Source of the DNA: an uncultured bacterium
Lineage (GTDB): Bacteria > Bacillota_I > Bacilli_A > RFN20 > CAG-826
Assembly (NCBI GenBank): GCA_949290395.1
Contig: CASERQ010000002.1
Span: 130,727 to 194,726 of the forward strand
DNA: 64,000 bases
Direction of reading: 5' to 3'
Below are positions 41,592-50,826 of the stretch, piece after piece (the stretch's first letter is position 1; each line of letters opens with the position of its first letter). The notes under the pieces are model-generated. The model was not told the DNA's origin. It saw only the letters and a program-made list of their open reading frames with translations, and searched no databases. A program made the position numbers and the translations under genes.

Positions 41592-43523
41592 ATGAGTAAT
41601 TATGATGCAAGTAATATAGAATTATTATCAGGTCTTGATGGCGTTAGAAAAAGACCTGCCATGTATATTGGAAGTACCAATAGCATGGGCTTACACCATT
41701 TAATTTGGGAAATTGTAGATAACGCAGTTGATGAAGCTTTAAATGGATTTGGAAACAAAATAACCGTCACATTACATAAAGATGGTTCGGTATCTGTTTT
41801 AGATGAAGGGAGAGGAATTCCTTGTGATATCCATAAACAAACAAAATTGCCTGCTGTTCAACTTATTTTTTCAACCCTTCATAGTGGTGGAAAATTTAAT
41901 GATACAGCTTATAAATCTTCAGCTGGATTACATGGTGTTGGAAGTAGCGTTACGAACGCTTTAAGTCTTTTTTGTGACATAACAGTTTATAGAAACAATA
42001 AAATTTATCATTTAAGATTTGAAAATGGTGGAAAATTAAAAACTCCACTTGAAGAACTTGGTAATACTTTAAAACACGGCACTCTTGTTACTTTTAAGCC
42101 TGATCCAAAAATATTCTCAACTGTTGAATTTAATTACGATAGAATTGCATCACACTTACAAGAAAGTGCATTTTTACTTAAGAAAGTCCGTTTTATCTTA
42201 ATTGATGAAAGAAACGGTAATAAAGATGAATTTTATTACGAACATGGCTTAAAGCAATATGTTGAAGAGATGAATCAAAATAAAGTAGCAATAGGACCTG
42301 TTGTTACTTTTGAAGAAGAATCTAATAACATTTCGACTGAAATTGCTCTTCAATATTGTTATAACGATTACAATGAAACAATTAGAAGCTATGTAAATAA
42401 CGTTCATACTGCTGATGGTGGTACTCATGAAGTTGGATTTAAAACTGGTATAACAAGAGCAGTTAATGAATATGCAGAAAATAATAACTTATTAAGAAGC
42501 AAAACCAAGCTTGATGGAAATGACATTAGAGAAGGTCTTACAGCTGTAATTTCTTTAAGACTTCCTGAATCAGTCCTTGAGTTTGAAGGACAAACCAAAG
42601 GTAAACTTGGAACTCAAATTGCTCAAAACATTGTTTCAAACCTTGTTTATACTAAATTTTCATATTATTTAAACGAAAACAAAGAATTCGCTGTTCGTTT
42701 AATTAAAAAATGTCAAGATTCTATGAATGCTCGTCTTGCTGCTAGAAAAGCAAAAGATGAAGCAAGAAATAAGAAAAAGAGTAAAGATCAAGTAATTTTA
42801 AGTGATAAATTGACTCCAGCTCAAAGTAAAGATTATGAGAAAAATGAACTCTTTATTGTTGAAGGTGATTCTGCTGGTGGAAGCGCTAAAAAAGGTAGAG
42901 ATCCAAAATTCCAAGCAATCTTGCCTTTAAGAGGAAAGCCTTTAAACACTGATAGTTTAACAATGGAGAAAATCTTACAAAACCAAGAATTCGCTACAAT
43001 TATCAACACAATTGGTGCTGGCGTTGGTCAAAACTTTGATGTTAGTGATTCTCATTATGGAAAAGTTATTATTATGAGCGATGCTGATACAGATGGCGCT
43101 CATATTCAAACACTTTTGTTAACTTTCTTTTACAACAACATGCGTTCTTTAATTACAGAAGGAAAAGTTTATATTGCTGTTCCTCCTCTTTATAGAATCT
43201 ATAAAGTTGATTCAAAAGGAAAAACTACCGAAACTTACGCATGGGATGATAAAGGATTAGAAGAAGGTAAAAAGAAAATCGGAGCCGGTTATAAAGTTTC
43301 TAGATATAAAGGTTTAGGCGAAATGAGCCCTAAACAACTTAAAGAAACAACAATGGACCCTAAAAATAGACTTTTAGTTCAAGTTAATATTGGCGATCCT
43401 TTATCTGTTGAAAACAAAGTTGCCGTTTTAATGGGTAAAGATGCTGATAAACGTAAAAAGTGGCTAGAACAAAATGTCGACTTTAATGAAGTAGATGATT
43501 TTATCAAGGAGGTTAAACATTAA
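41592..43523 (+). CDS. parE: DNA topoisomerase IV subunit B
   Basis: RKRPAMYIG, EIVDNAVDE, VEGDSAGG, PLRGK and RYKGLGEM motifs; plsY-parE-parC synteny. Confidence 0.9.
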   Translation: MSNYDASNIELLSGLDGVRKRPAMYIGSTNSMGLHHLIWEIVDNAVDEALNGFGNKITVTLHKDGSVSVLDEGRGIPCDIHKQTKLPAVQLIFSTLHSGGKFNDTAYKSSAGLHGVGSSVTNALSLFCDITVYRNNKIYHLRFENGGKLKTPLEELGNTLKHGTLVTFKPDPKIFSTVEFNYDRIASHLQESAFLLKKVRFILIDERNGNKDEFYYEHGLKQYVEEMNQNKVAIGPVVTFEEESNNISTEIALQYCYNDYNETIRSYVNNVHTADGGTHEVGFKTGITRAVNEYAENNNLLRSKTKLDGNDIREGLTAVISLRLPESVLEFEGQTKGKLGTQIAQNIVSNLVYTKFSYYLNENKEFAVRLIKKCQDSMNARLAARKAKDEARNKKKSKDQVILSDKLTPAQSKDYEKNELFIVEGDSAGGSAKKGRDPKFQAILPLRGKPLNTDSLTMEKILQNQEFATIINTIGAGVGQNFDVSDSHYGKVIIMSDADTDGAHIQTLLLTFFYNNMRSLITEGKVYIAVPPLYRIYKVDSKGKTTETYAWDDKGLEEGKKKIGAGYKVSRYKGLGEMSPKQLKETTMDPKNRLLVQVNIGDPLSVENKVAVLMGKDADKRKKWLEQNVDFNEVDDFIKEVKH

Positions 43524-43525
43524 TT

Positions 43526-46162
43526 ATGGCAAAAAAAGAAATTGTCGAAGAAATAAATGAAAATATTAATGTCGAATCTCTTGATTCAATCATGGGTGAT
43601 AAATATGCAGTTTATGCAAAATACGTTATCCAAGATCGTGCTATTCCAGATGTAAGGGATGGTTTAAAGCCTGTTCAACGTAGAATTATTTATTCTATGT
43701 ACCAAAATGGAAATACATACGAAAAACAAACAAAAAAATGCGCTAAGATTGTTGGTGATGTCATGGGTAGATTTCATCCACATGGTGACTCATCAATTTA
43801 TGAAGCTTTAGTTAGATTATCTCAACCATGGAAAATGTCCGAACCTTTAGTCGTTTTTCAAGGCAACAATGGTTCAATTGATAATGACCCTGCAGCAGCT
43901 TATCGTTACACTGAAGCAAAATTAAATGAATTTAGTGAAAATCTCATTAGCGATATTGATAAAAATACTGTTGATATGTCGCTTAACTTTGATGATACCG
44001 AATTTGAGCCTGTTGTTTTACCATGTAGATTTCCAAATTTATATGTGAACGGTAGTGATGGAATCGCTGTTGCAATTGCAACACAAATTCCACCTCACAA
44101 TTTAGTAGAAATGTGTAACGCAGTAATTTATCGAATTCAAAACCCAAACTGTGAATTAGATGAATTACTCGAGATTGTTCAAGGTCCTGATTTTCCTACC
44201 GGTGGCGTAATTTATAAATCTCAAGGAATCAGAGATATTTACGAAACTGGTAGAGGTAAAATTGAAATAGCTTCAAAATTAGAAGTTAAGACAGATAACA
44301 AAAACTTTAACGAAATTGTTGTAACAGAGATTCCTTATGGTGTTGTTAAGCAAAACCTCGTTTTTAGTATTGATAAAATTAAAAAATCACACGAAATTGA
44401 TGGTATAAACGATGTTAAAGATCTTTCAAGTGGTGATGACATTGAAATTGTCATTGAAACCAAGAAAGAAGTCGATCCACAAATCATCATTGCTTATCTT
44501 ATGAATAAAACACAACTTAAAGTGTCTTATTCATCAAATATTGTTGCAATTTGTGATAAACATCCACGTACATTGTCATTAATTTCTTATCTTGATTATT
44601 ACATTGCTTTCCAAGTTGATGTTATTACAAGAAGAACAGAGTTCTTGCTTAAAAAAGCTAAAGACAGACTTCACATTGTCGAAGGTTTAATTAAAGCAAT
44701 CAGCATTATTGAAGAAGTTGTTGCTTTAATTAGAAAAAGTAAAGATAAAGCGGATGCTAAGTTAAATTTACAAAATAAATTTGGCTTTACTGAACCTCAA
44801 TCTGAAGCTATTGTCTCGATGAGACTTTATAAATTAACAAATACCGACGTCACAATCTATGTTGATGAAAAGAATAATTTAGTAGCTCAAATTGCAGATT
44901 TTGAAGAAACTCTTGCTAAGCCAAATAAACTTAGAAAGATTATTATTTCTGATTTAAAAGATATTATTAAGAAGTTTGGTACACCACGTAGATCAATTAT
45001 TGAAGAAAAACAAGATGAAGTACAAATTGATAAACGTGATTTAATCGCCAAAGAAGACGTATATGTTGTTATAACTCGTGATGGCTACATTAAAAGAAGT
45101 AGTTTAAAGAGTTATAAAGCATCAAATGGCTCTCTTCCTGGTGTAAAAGTTAACGATTCTATCGTAATGTCATCAATTGTAAATACGGTTGATTATGTTT
45201 TATGTTTCACAAGTAAAGGAAACTACATAATTTTACCTGTTCACGAAATTCTTGAAGGAAAATGGAAAGATGAAGGTAAACATATCAATTATTTATGTAA
45301 TTTGCCTTTAAACGAATATATTGTTAAATGCATTTCTATTAAAGACTTTAATATTAACGTTTCAATTTGTACTGTTACTAAAAATGGACAAATAAAGAAA
45401 ACTCTACTTCCAGAATTTTATTCTCAAAGAATCAATAAACCACTTTGTTGTATGAAATTAACAAGCGCTGATGAAGTCGTTGATGCTTGTGTATTACATG
45501 GCAATACCAACATGCTTATTATAACTAAAGCTGGTAAAGCAACCTACTTTAATGAAAACGACATTCAAGATTTAGGTTTAAGAACAAGTGGTGTCAAATG
45601 TATTAACAAGCTTAATGATTCTACAATTCAAGCTATAACACCATTTGAAATTGGTGAAAAAGCTAAGATTTTGTTCTTAACAAACCTTGGAATGTTAAAA
45701 ATACTTGATGTTGGATCATTGAATTTAAGACATCGTTTAGAAGCTTGCGATATGTTGCTTAAATCATTCAAAACTGAAATCCATGAGTTGGTAAAAGTAA
45801 CAAAAGTACCAAACGGAACAGAAAAAGTAACTTATGATTGCCTTTTAGACAATTCTCAACTTATCGAATTTGATATTAATGATTTTCATGTAACACCTTT
45901 AGAAAAGTATTGCAGGAAAAACTTAGAACAAATTCCTGATGGAAGAAGGATTAACTATGTTTATGCCTTTGAAGTTGAACATATTGACGAAAATACAAAA
46001 GTAAGTAAGAAAAAAGTTAGAAATCCTGTTAAAGCTCAACAAGTTGAAGAAGAAGGTGTCAAAGTCGTTAAAATAGATTACGAAGGAGAAATTGAACAAC
46101 CTGACGAAAAAGAAGGTGGAAGAGTTGAACAAATCTCAATATTCGATGATATGGGGGATTAA
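43526..46162 (+). CDS. parC: DNA topoisomerase IV subunit A
   Basis: DGLKPVQRR, FHPHGD and AAYRYTE motifs; no evident GyrA box. Confidence 0.9.
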   Translation: MAKKEIVEEINENINVESLDSIMGDKYAVYAKYVIQDRAIPDVRDGLKPVQRRIIYSMYQNGNTYEKQTKKCAKIVGDVMGRFHPHGDSSIYEALVRLSQPWKMSEPLVVFQGNNGSIDNDPAAAYRYTEAKLNEFSENLISDIDKNTVDMSLNFDDTEFEPVVLPCRFPNLYVNGSDGIAVAIATQIPPHNLVEMCNAVIYRIQNPNCELDELLEIVQGPDFPTGGVIYKSQGIRDIYETGRGKIEIASKLEVKTDNKNFNEIVVTEIPYGVVKQNLVFSIDKIKKSHEIDGINDVKDLSSGDDIEIVIETKKEVDPQIIIAYLMNKTQLKVSYSSNIVAICDKHPRTLSLISYLDYYIAFQVDVITRRTEFLLKKAKDRLHIVEGLIKAISIIEEVVALIRKSKDKADAKLNLQNKFGFTEPQSEAIVSMRLYKLTNTDVTIYVDEKNNLVAQIADFEETLAKPNKLRKIIISDLKDIIKKFGTPRRSIIEEKQDEVQIDKRDLIAKEDVYVVITRDGYIKRSSLKSYKASNGSLPGVKVNDSIVMSSIVNTVDYVLCFTSKGNYIILPVHEILEGKWKDEGKHINYLCNLPLNEYIVKCISIKDFNINVSICTVTKNGQIKKTLLPEFYSQRINKPLCCMKLTSADEVVDACVLHGNTNMLIITKAGKATYFNENDIQDLGLRTSGVKCINKLNDSTIQAITPFEIGEKAKILFLTNLGMLKILDVGSLNLRHRLEACDMLLKSFKTEIHELVKVTKVPNGTEKVTYDCLLDNSQLIEFDINDFHVTPLEKYCRKNLEQIPDGRRINYVYAFEVEHIDENTKVSKKKVRNPVKAQQVEEEGVKVVKIDYEGEIEQPDEKEGGRVEQISIFDDMGD

Positions 46163-46428
46163 TTAAGCGCAACCGATTGAGCTATTGAAATTATTGTTAT
46201 AATCGTTATAGAAATAAGCGCAACGATATTAAATACAAAGAGATGTAGTAATGAAATGTTCTCTCTCTTAGAGGTCAAGATTAAGGATGGTATTAATAAA
46301 AAATATCCAAAGAATGGAGAAAAAACACCAAGTATCACCCCAATTGTACTCAACGTTATTGATATTAAATGCTTACGTTCTAATGGTAACTTATCCATAC
46401 GATGATTATAGTTCAAATTTATATTCAT
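46159..46428 (-). CDS. small hydrophobic hypothetical protein
   Basis: Two hydrophobic segments; fills the parC-yqeG gap. Start uncertain. Confidence 0.5.
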   Translation of the reverse strand: MNINLNYNHRMDKLPLERKHLISITLSTIGVILGVFSPFFGYFLLIPSLILTSKRENISLLHLFVFNIVALISITIITIISIAQSVALN

Positions 46429-46456
46429 TCAATAAAAAAGTATTAAAGATTAATTA

Positions 46457-46500
46457 TTAGTAATAAATTAGTAGAATATTAGTGAGTAATAAGTATGTTT
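46457..46500 (+). repeat. 11-bp phased TAGT array, 4 units, upstream of yqeG
   Basis: TTAGTAATAAA TTAGTAGAATA TTAGTGAGTAA TAAGTATGTTT. Confidence 0.8.
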
Positions 46501-47016
46501 AAGAAGTACACACCAACAGCTGTCGCAAAAAATTTATATGAAATTGAACCAAATTTTTTTATAAAAAATGGTATTAAAACAATTTTTTGTGACCTAGATA
46601 ATACTCTTGATGGCTATTACGAAAAAGAACCTACTGAGCAAGCTATTAATTTTTATAATAGTTTAAGAGACAACAATATTAAATTGATCATAGTTTCTAA
46701 TAATACCAAAAGCAGAGTTGAAAAATACTGTAAATTACTAGGTTGTGAATTTCTTTATGCCTGTGCAAAGCCTACTACATGCAAATTCAAAAAGTATTTA
46801 AAGAAGTATAATTATAATCTTGCAGAGTGCATGGTTATAGGAGATCAAGTTTTTACAGATGTACTTTTTGCAAATAAACTAAAAATTAAATCTATTTTAT
46901 GCGATAATTTAGTAAGTAAAGATCAATTTTTTACTAAAATAAATAAGTTTTTTGACAAACACGTCAGAAACTATTTAAAAAAGCGCAATAAATTAACCAA
47001 TTGGAGGGAAATTTAA
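46495..47016 (+). CDS. yqeG: YqeG HAD-IIIA phosphatase
   Basis: DLDNTL, VSNN, AKP and IGDQVFTDV motifs. Confidence 0.92.
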   Translation: MFKKYTPTAVAKNLYEIEPNFFIKNGIKTIFCDLDNTLDGYYEKEPTEQAINFYNSLRDNNIKLIIVSNNTKSRVEKYCKLLGCEFLYACAKPTTCKFKKYLKKYNYNLAECMVIGDQVFTDVLFANKLKIKSILCDNLVSKDQFFTKINKFFDKHVRNYLKKRNKLTNWREI

Positions 47017-47017
47017 T

Positions 47018-48175
47018 ATGGCTGAGTTAAATAAATTACAAAGATGCTATCATTGCGGTGCAGTTTTACAATCAGAAGATCCTAATAAAGACGGATATAT
47101 ATCTCCTGACATCATTGAAAAGTATCCTGAAGGATTATTACTTTGTAATAATTGTTATAAAACTGAAAAATTTAAAAATAATCCTCAAGAAGCTACATTT
47201 GATGAAGATTACGAAAAGATCTTAAAAGTAATTCGTGCAAAAAAAGCATTAGTTGTTTACGTTGTCGATTTATTTTCTTTCGAAGGTTCTTTTATTAATA
47301 GACTTATTGAATTATTAGAAGGAATTGATGTCCTTGTTGTTGCTAATAAGCGTGACTTATTACCAAAAGAAGCAAATGACGCTGATTTAGAAGCATATGT
47401 TGCACACAGATTAAGAGTAGCTCATTTTAATGTTGTTGATTCAGTTATTACATCAACAAATCATGGTGGCTATAACCTAGATAAAATGTTCCAATTAATC
47501 ATAAAATATGGCGAAGGAAGAGATGTTTATTTCGTTGGCGCAAGTACAAGTGGTAAGAGTGCTCTTATTAGCGAATTCTTGAAGATGTATTTAAATAACA
47601 CATCAAAAATGATTGTTACATATACATTTAACGATACTAACTTAAGAGGTATCAGAATCCCTATTACAAATAAAAACTATATTTACGAAACTCCAGGAAC
47701 ATCAATTGACAACTCTCTTTTATCAAAAGTAGAAACAAGTGTTTATAATGCAATTGTTCCTAAGAAAGCTGTAGAGCCTAAAAAAGTGGTTTTAACAAAA
47801 GATACAGCATTAATGTTTGGCTCTTTAGTTTGTATTGAATTGCTTTCTAAAGAAAGAACACCAATTTATGCTTATGTTTCTAACAAAGTTGATGTCAAAG
47901 CTCATAAATCAATCCTTGGTGATAACTCAAAATTTATAAAAGGGATTTTTGAAAAAGGAACATACAAACCTGCAAGTGCTAACTTCAAAAATTTAAAAGA
48001 TTTTGATGTTTATGAATTCCAAATTACCGAAGAAGGTGGAAGGGATATTGGTATTTTAGGTTTGGGATGGATTAATTTCCAAGGAAACAAACAAAATTTT
48101 AGAATTTACGTACCAAAAGGAGTATACGTTTATACAACACGTAGTAAGATAAAACATGATTTCAAGCAAAAATAA
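47018..48175 (+). CDS. yqeH: ribosome biogenesis GTPase YqeH
   Basis: CYHCG..CNNC, NKRDLLP, GASTSGKS and ETPG motifs. Confidence 0.92.
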   Translation: MAELNKLQRCYHCGAVLQSEDPNKDGYISPDIIEKYPEGLLLCNNCYKTEKFKNNPQEATFDEDYEKILKVIRAKKALVVYVVDLFSFEGSFINRLIELLEGIDVLVVANKRDLLPKEANDADLEAYVAHRLRVAHFNVVDSVITSTNHGGYNLDKMFQLIIKYGEGRDVYFVGASTSGKSALISEFLKMYLNNTSKMIVTYTFNDTNLRGIRIPITNKNYIYETPGTSIDNSLLSKVETSVYNAIVPKKAVEPKKVVLTKDTALMFGSLVCIELLSKERTPIYAYVSNKVDVKAHKSILGDNSKFIKGIFEKGTYKPASANFKNLKDFDVYEFQITEEGGRDIGILGLGWINFQGNKQNFRIYVPKGVYVYTTRSKIKHDFKQK

Positions 48176-48461
48176 ACAACAGTTAAAAAAGATTGCACAT
48201 AGTAGTGAAGTATTAAAAGTTAATATTGGAAAAGAATTATTAAACAAGCAAGTTATATATAATTTAAACAACGCGTTTAATACAAGAGAACTAATTAAAG
48301 TATCATTTTTAAAATCCGCAATTGAAAGTGGTGATAAAAACGCTATTATTCTTGATTTATCAAGTGCGTTAAATTGTGATATTGTTCAAATTATTGGCAA
48401 TACTGTTTTACTTTACAAACCAAATCCTAAATTAAAAGATCATATTATTTTAGAGAAATAG
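48156..48461 (+). CDS. yhbY: RNA-binding protein YhbY (CRM domain)
   Basis: IGK, RELIKV and VQIIGNTVLLYK motifs. Confidence 0.92.
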   Translation: MISSKNKQQLKKIAHSSEVLKVNIGKELLNKQVIYNLNNAFNTRELIKVSFLKSAIESGDKNAIILDLSSALNCDIVQIIGNTVLLYKPNPKLKDHIILEK

Positions 48462-48466
48462 TAGTA

Positions 48467-49090
48467 ATGAGTGACTTTAATTCAGATTTTTTAAAACATT
48501 TTTCTTTTAAAGATGAAAATAGAGTAGAAGTAGACGATTTTATACTAGATATTTTAAATAAAACTATTAAAAACGAGAAAAGGGTTAAACATTCAATTAG
48601 TGTAGCAAATTTGGCTTATGAAATCGCTATATCTAATGGGTTAGAAGAACCTTTTTTATATTTTATTGCTGGTATTTTTCATGATTTAGCTAAAGGTTTA
48701 TATAAAAATGAGTTAAAGAAGTACATGAAAAAATATTATTCAGATTATGTTGATTTACCTGGATTTTCATATCATCAATTTGTCGGTGGATACTTAACTA
48801 AAAAACTTTTTGGTATATGCGATGCAAAAATTATTGATGCGATAGAATGTCATTGTACAGGTAAAGCTAATATGAACTCCATTGATATGATTATTTATGC
48901 AGCAGATAAGACAGATCCATTAAGAGGATATGATTCTAGTGCAATGATCAACGCATTGAAAACTAATTATAAAGACGGGTTTGTTTTTGTCTTAAAAGAA
49001 AATAAAGAATTTTTAATAAACAAATCGAAAGATTTGAATTCAGTACAAAATAGACTTACTAAAGAATGTTTTGATTATTATCTTAATTAA
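48467..49090 (+). CDS. yqeK: YqeK HD-domain Ap4A hydrolase
   Basis: RVKHSISVA, HDLAK, HCTG and ADKTDP.R motifs. Confidence 0.9.
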   Translation: MSDFNSDFLKHFSFKDENRVEVDDFILDILNKTIKNEKRVKHSISVANLAYEIAISNGLEEPFLYFIAGIFHDLAKGLYKNELKKYMKKYYSDYVDLPGFSYHQFVGGYLTKKLFGICDAKIIDAIECHCTGKANMNSIDMIIYAADKTDPLRGYDSSAMINALKTNYKDGFVFVLKENKEFLINKSKDLNSVQNRLTKECFDYYLN

Positions 49091-49156
49091 CAATCAAGTA
49101 AATACGATTATAGCTCGAGATATATGAATAATACTGCTTATTTTTGGCTTATAATT

Positions 49157-49184
49157 ACTTCGTATAATATCTATTATGTAAAAT
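49157..49184 (+). other. dif site (Xer chromosome dimer resolution site)
   Basis: ACTTCGTATAA-TATCTA-TTATGTAAAAT has the 11-6-11 layout and closely matches B. subtilis dif ACTTCCTAGAA-TATATA-TTATGTAAACT. It lies at the gene-orientation switch. Confidence 0.92.
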
Positions 49185-49271
49185 TGAAAGCGAAAAACAC
49201 GATATTTAAGCCATTTTTTTAACATCATTATTTTTTATTCAATTTAAGCTCTTTCTAAATTCTTAAATTTA

Positions 49272-49315
49272 TTAATTACTATAAATCTACTCGAAACCTA
49301 CTAATTATCTACTTT
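49272..49315 (-). repeat. 11-bp phased TAGT array, 4 units, about 90 bp right of dif
   Basis: On the - strand: AAAGTAGATAA TTAGTAGGTTT CGAGTAGATTT ATAGTAATTAA. Confidence 0.8.
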
Positions 49316-49322
49316 TAGCATT

Positions 49323-49874
49323 TCATGCAGACAAAATTCTTCCATTATAAAGTAAATCTGGGCTGTAATTCGTTGTTTTCTTGATAATTGCATCAATAAT
49401 GTTTTTATAAGATTCTAATATCCTTAAATACGCACTTTGAGATAGTACTCCTATCGATTTTGCCGAATTTAAAGTTTTACCATATTCTTTAAATCTAGCT
49501 TTAGAAACATATTTTATTTCAGATAATGCTGCAATAAACTCTTCTGTATCACTTAATTCATAAACGTGTCCGATATTAATACCGAATTTGTTTTCAGCCA
49601 TTGATTTAGGATAAATCGGACAAATTAATACCTTATTTTCATATTTTTGACTCATATCCATAATTACACAATTACCTTTAAATGGTCTATTAAGCTGAAT
49701 ATCGAATTTTCTTGTGTAAGAATATATCTCACGCGCTCTAAAAACTTTAAAATCAGAATTAAATAAATAACTTTCTTCTTTTTGAAGCAAATTATCCGCC
49801 CATTCAAACTGATCATAAAATCCATTATCTTTAACTGGCGTTATAAAATATAACCTCTTTTCTTCCTTACTCAT
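49323..49874 (-). CDS. hypothetical protein, possible divergent PemK/MazF fold
   Basis: R.REIY, VLICPI, INIG, AALSEIKYVSKARF and IGVLS resemble the PemK pattern. Strong AAAGGAGGTG SD before ATG 49874. Confidence 0.55.
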   Translation of the reverse strand: MSKEEKRLYFITPVKDNGFYDQFEWADNLLQKEESYLFNSDFKVFRAREIYSYTRKFDIQLNRPFKGNCVIMDMSQKYENKVLICPIYPKSMAENKFGINIGHVYELSDTEEFIAALSEIKYVSKARFKEYGKTLNSAKSIGVLSQSAYLRILESYKNIIDAIIKKTTNYSPDLLYNGRILSA

Positions 49875-49932
49875 TTTAAACACCTCCTTTACTAATACAA
49901 AGGTGATGATTTGAAGAAATATTAAATTTATT

Positions 49933-50709
49933 TTACTTTTTTAAAATTTTCTTAATATAAGAGAAGATAATATCAATGATGATAAATATAAAGATAATCA
50001 ACAAAGTAAGAGCAATCATGTGAGAATATTCGGCATTTAATCGATAATTATGGATTAATCTACCTATTCCCCGTAAAGATTCTGTACCAATTAAAATTTC
50101 ACTCATAATTGAAACTTTTACCCCGAGTCCAATGGAATTTATGCATCCTAAAAGCAAAAAAGGCATTGCTTGAGGGATTAAAACGCGGAAAATCGATTTA
50201 AATGAATAATAACCTTCAATTCTTAAGGAAAGTTTAATTGAATCATCAATGTTATTTAGTCCTTCTACAAAAGATTCATATAAAATTGGAAAAACAATCA
50301 AAAAAGTAATAATTAAAGACCCAATATTAGGTTCTTTTAAGAAGAAAATAATGATGAAATACACAACACAAGGCGTTGGAACAAGCTTTAATATATAAAC
50401 TAAAGGCGCTAAAAAATCTTTAATAAGTTTAAATAATCCTGCAAGCAATCCCAAAATAAAAGCAAATACAAAAGATATTATTAAAGATAAAATAGTTCTT
50501 AATAATGATTCACCAATTGCTGTATAAGTTGATGAAATACTTAAAATTTCACCAAATGAAGTAAAAATGTTGCTTAAATTTGGGAAAATAAAAGGATCAT
50601 TAACGCATAAAGCAATAATTTCCCATAAAGCAAGTAAAAATAAAATACCTATAATTTCAAAGAACACAGTTTTAAAATTTTTAGGTATCTTATTCAATAT
50701 TTTTCTCAT
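49933..50709 (-). CDS. ABC transporter permease, NitT/TauT (SsuC-like) family
   Basis: LALWEI..FIFP, SLLR, PTP, LIPQAMP and SEIL..GIG pattern. Confidence 0.88.
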   Translation of the reverse strand: MRKILNKIPKNFKTVFFEIIGILFLLALWEIIALCVNDPFIFPNLSNIFTSFGEILSISSTYTAIGESLLRTILSLIISFVFAFILGLLAGLFKLIKDFLAPLVYILKLVPTPCVVYFIIIFFLKEPNIGSLIITFLIVFPILYESFVEGLNNIDDSIKLSLRIEGYYSFKSIFRVLIPQAMPFLLLGCINSIGLGVKVSIMSEILIGTESLRGIGRLIHNYRLNAEYSHMIALTLLIIFIFIIIDIIFSYIKKILKK

Positions 50710-50826
50710 ATTTACAATTTTAATGAGATTAAGTACTTCTAGCAAATATTTTAATAAAATATCACTTCTCTTTGTTTTAATACTTTTAGTACTTCATTCA
50801 ACTAAAATTTTATAAAAGAAATTTTC

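Noticed and set aside
41592..46162. gyrB/gyrA assignment
   Set aside because: The divergent plsY neighbour, location near the terminus and absence of an evident GyrA box favour parE/parC.
49145..49213. TGGCTTA/TAAGCCA inverted repeat flanking dif
   Set aside because: Only 7 bp and asymmetric about dif; likely chance in AT-rich DNA.
50760..50806. AGT repeats between SBP2 and the permease gene
   Set aside because: Spacing is 9-10 bp and irregular, which does not fit the 11-bp phase.
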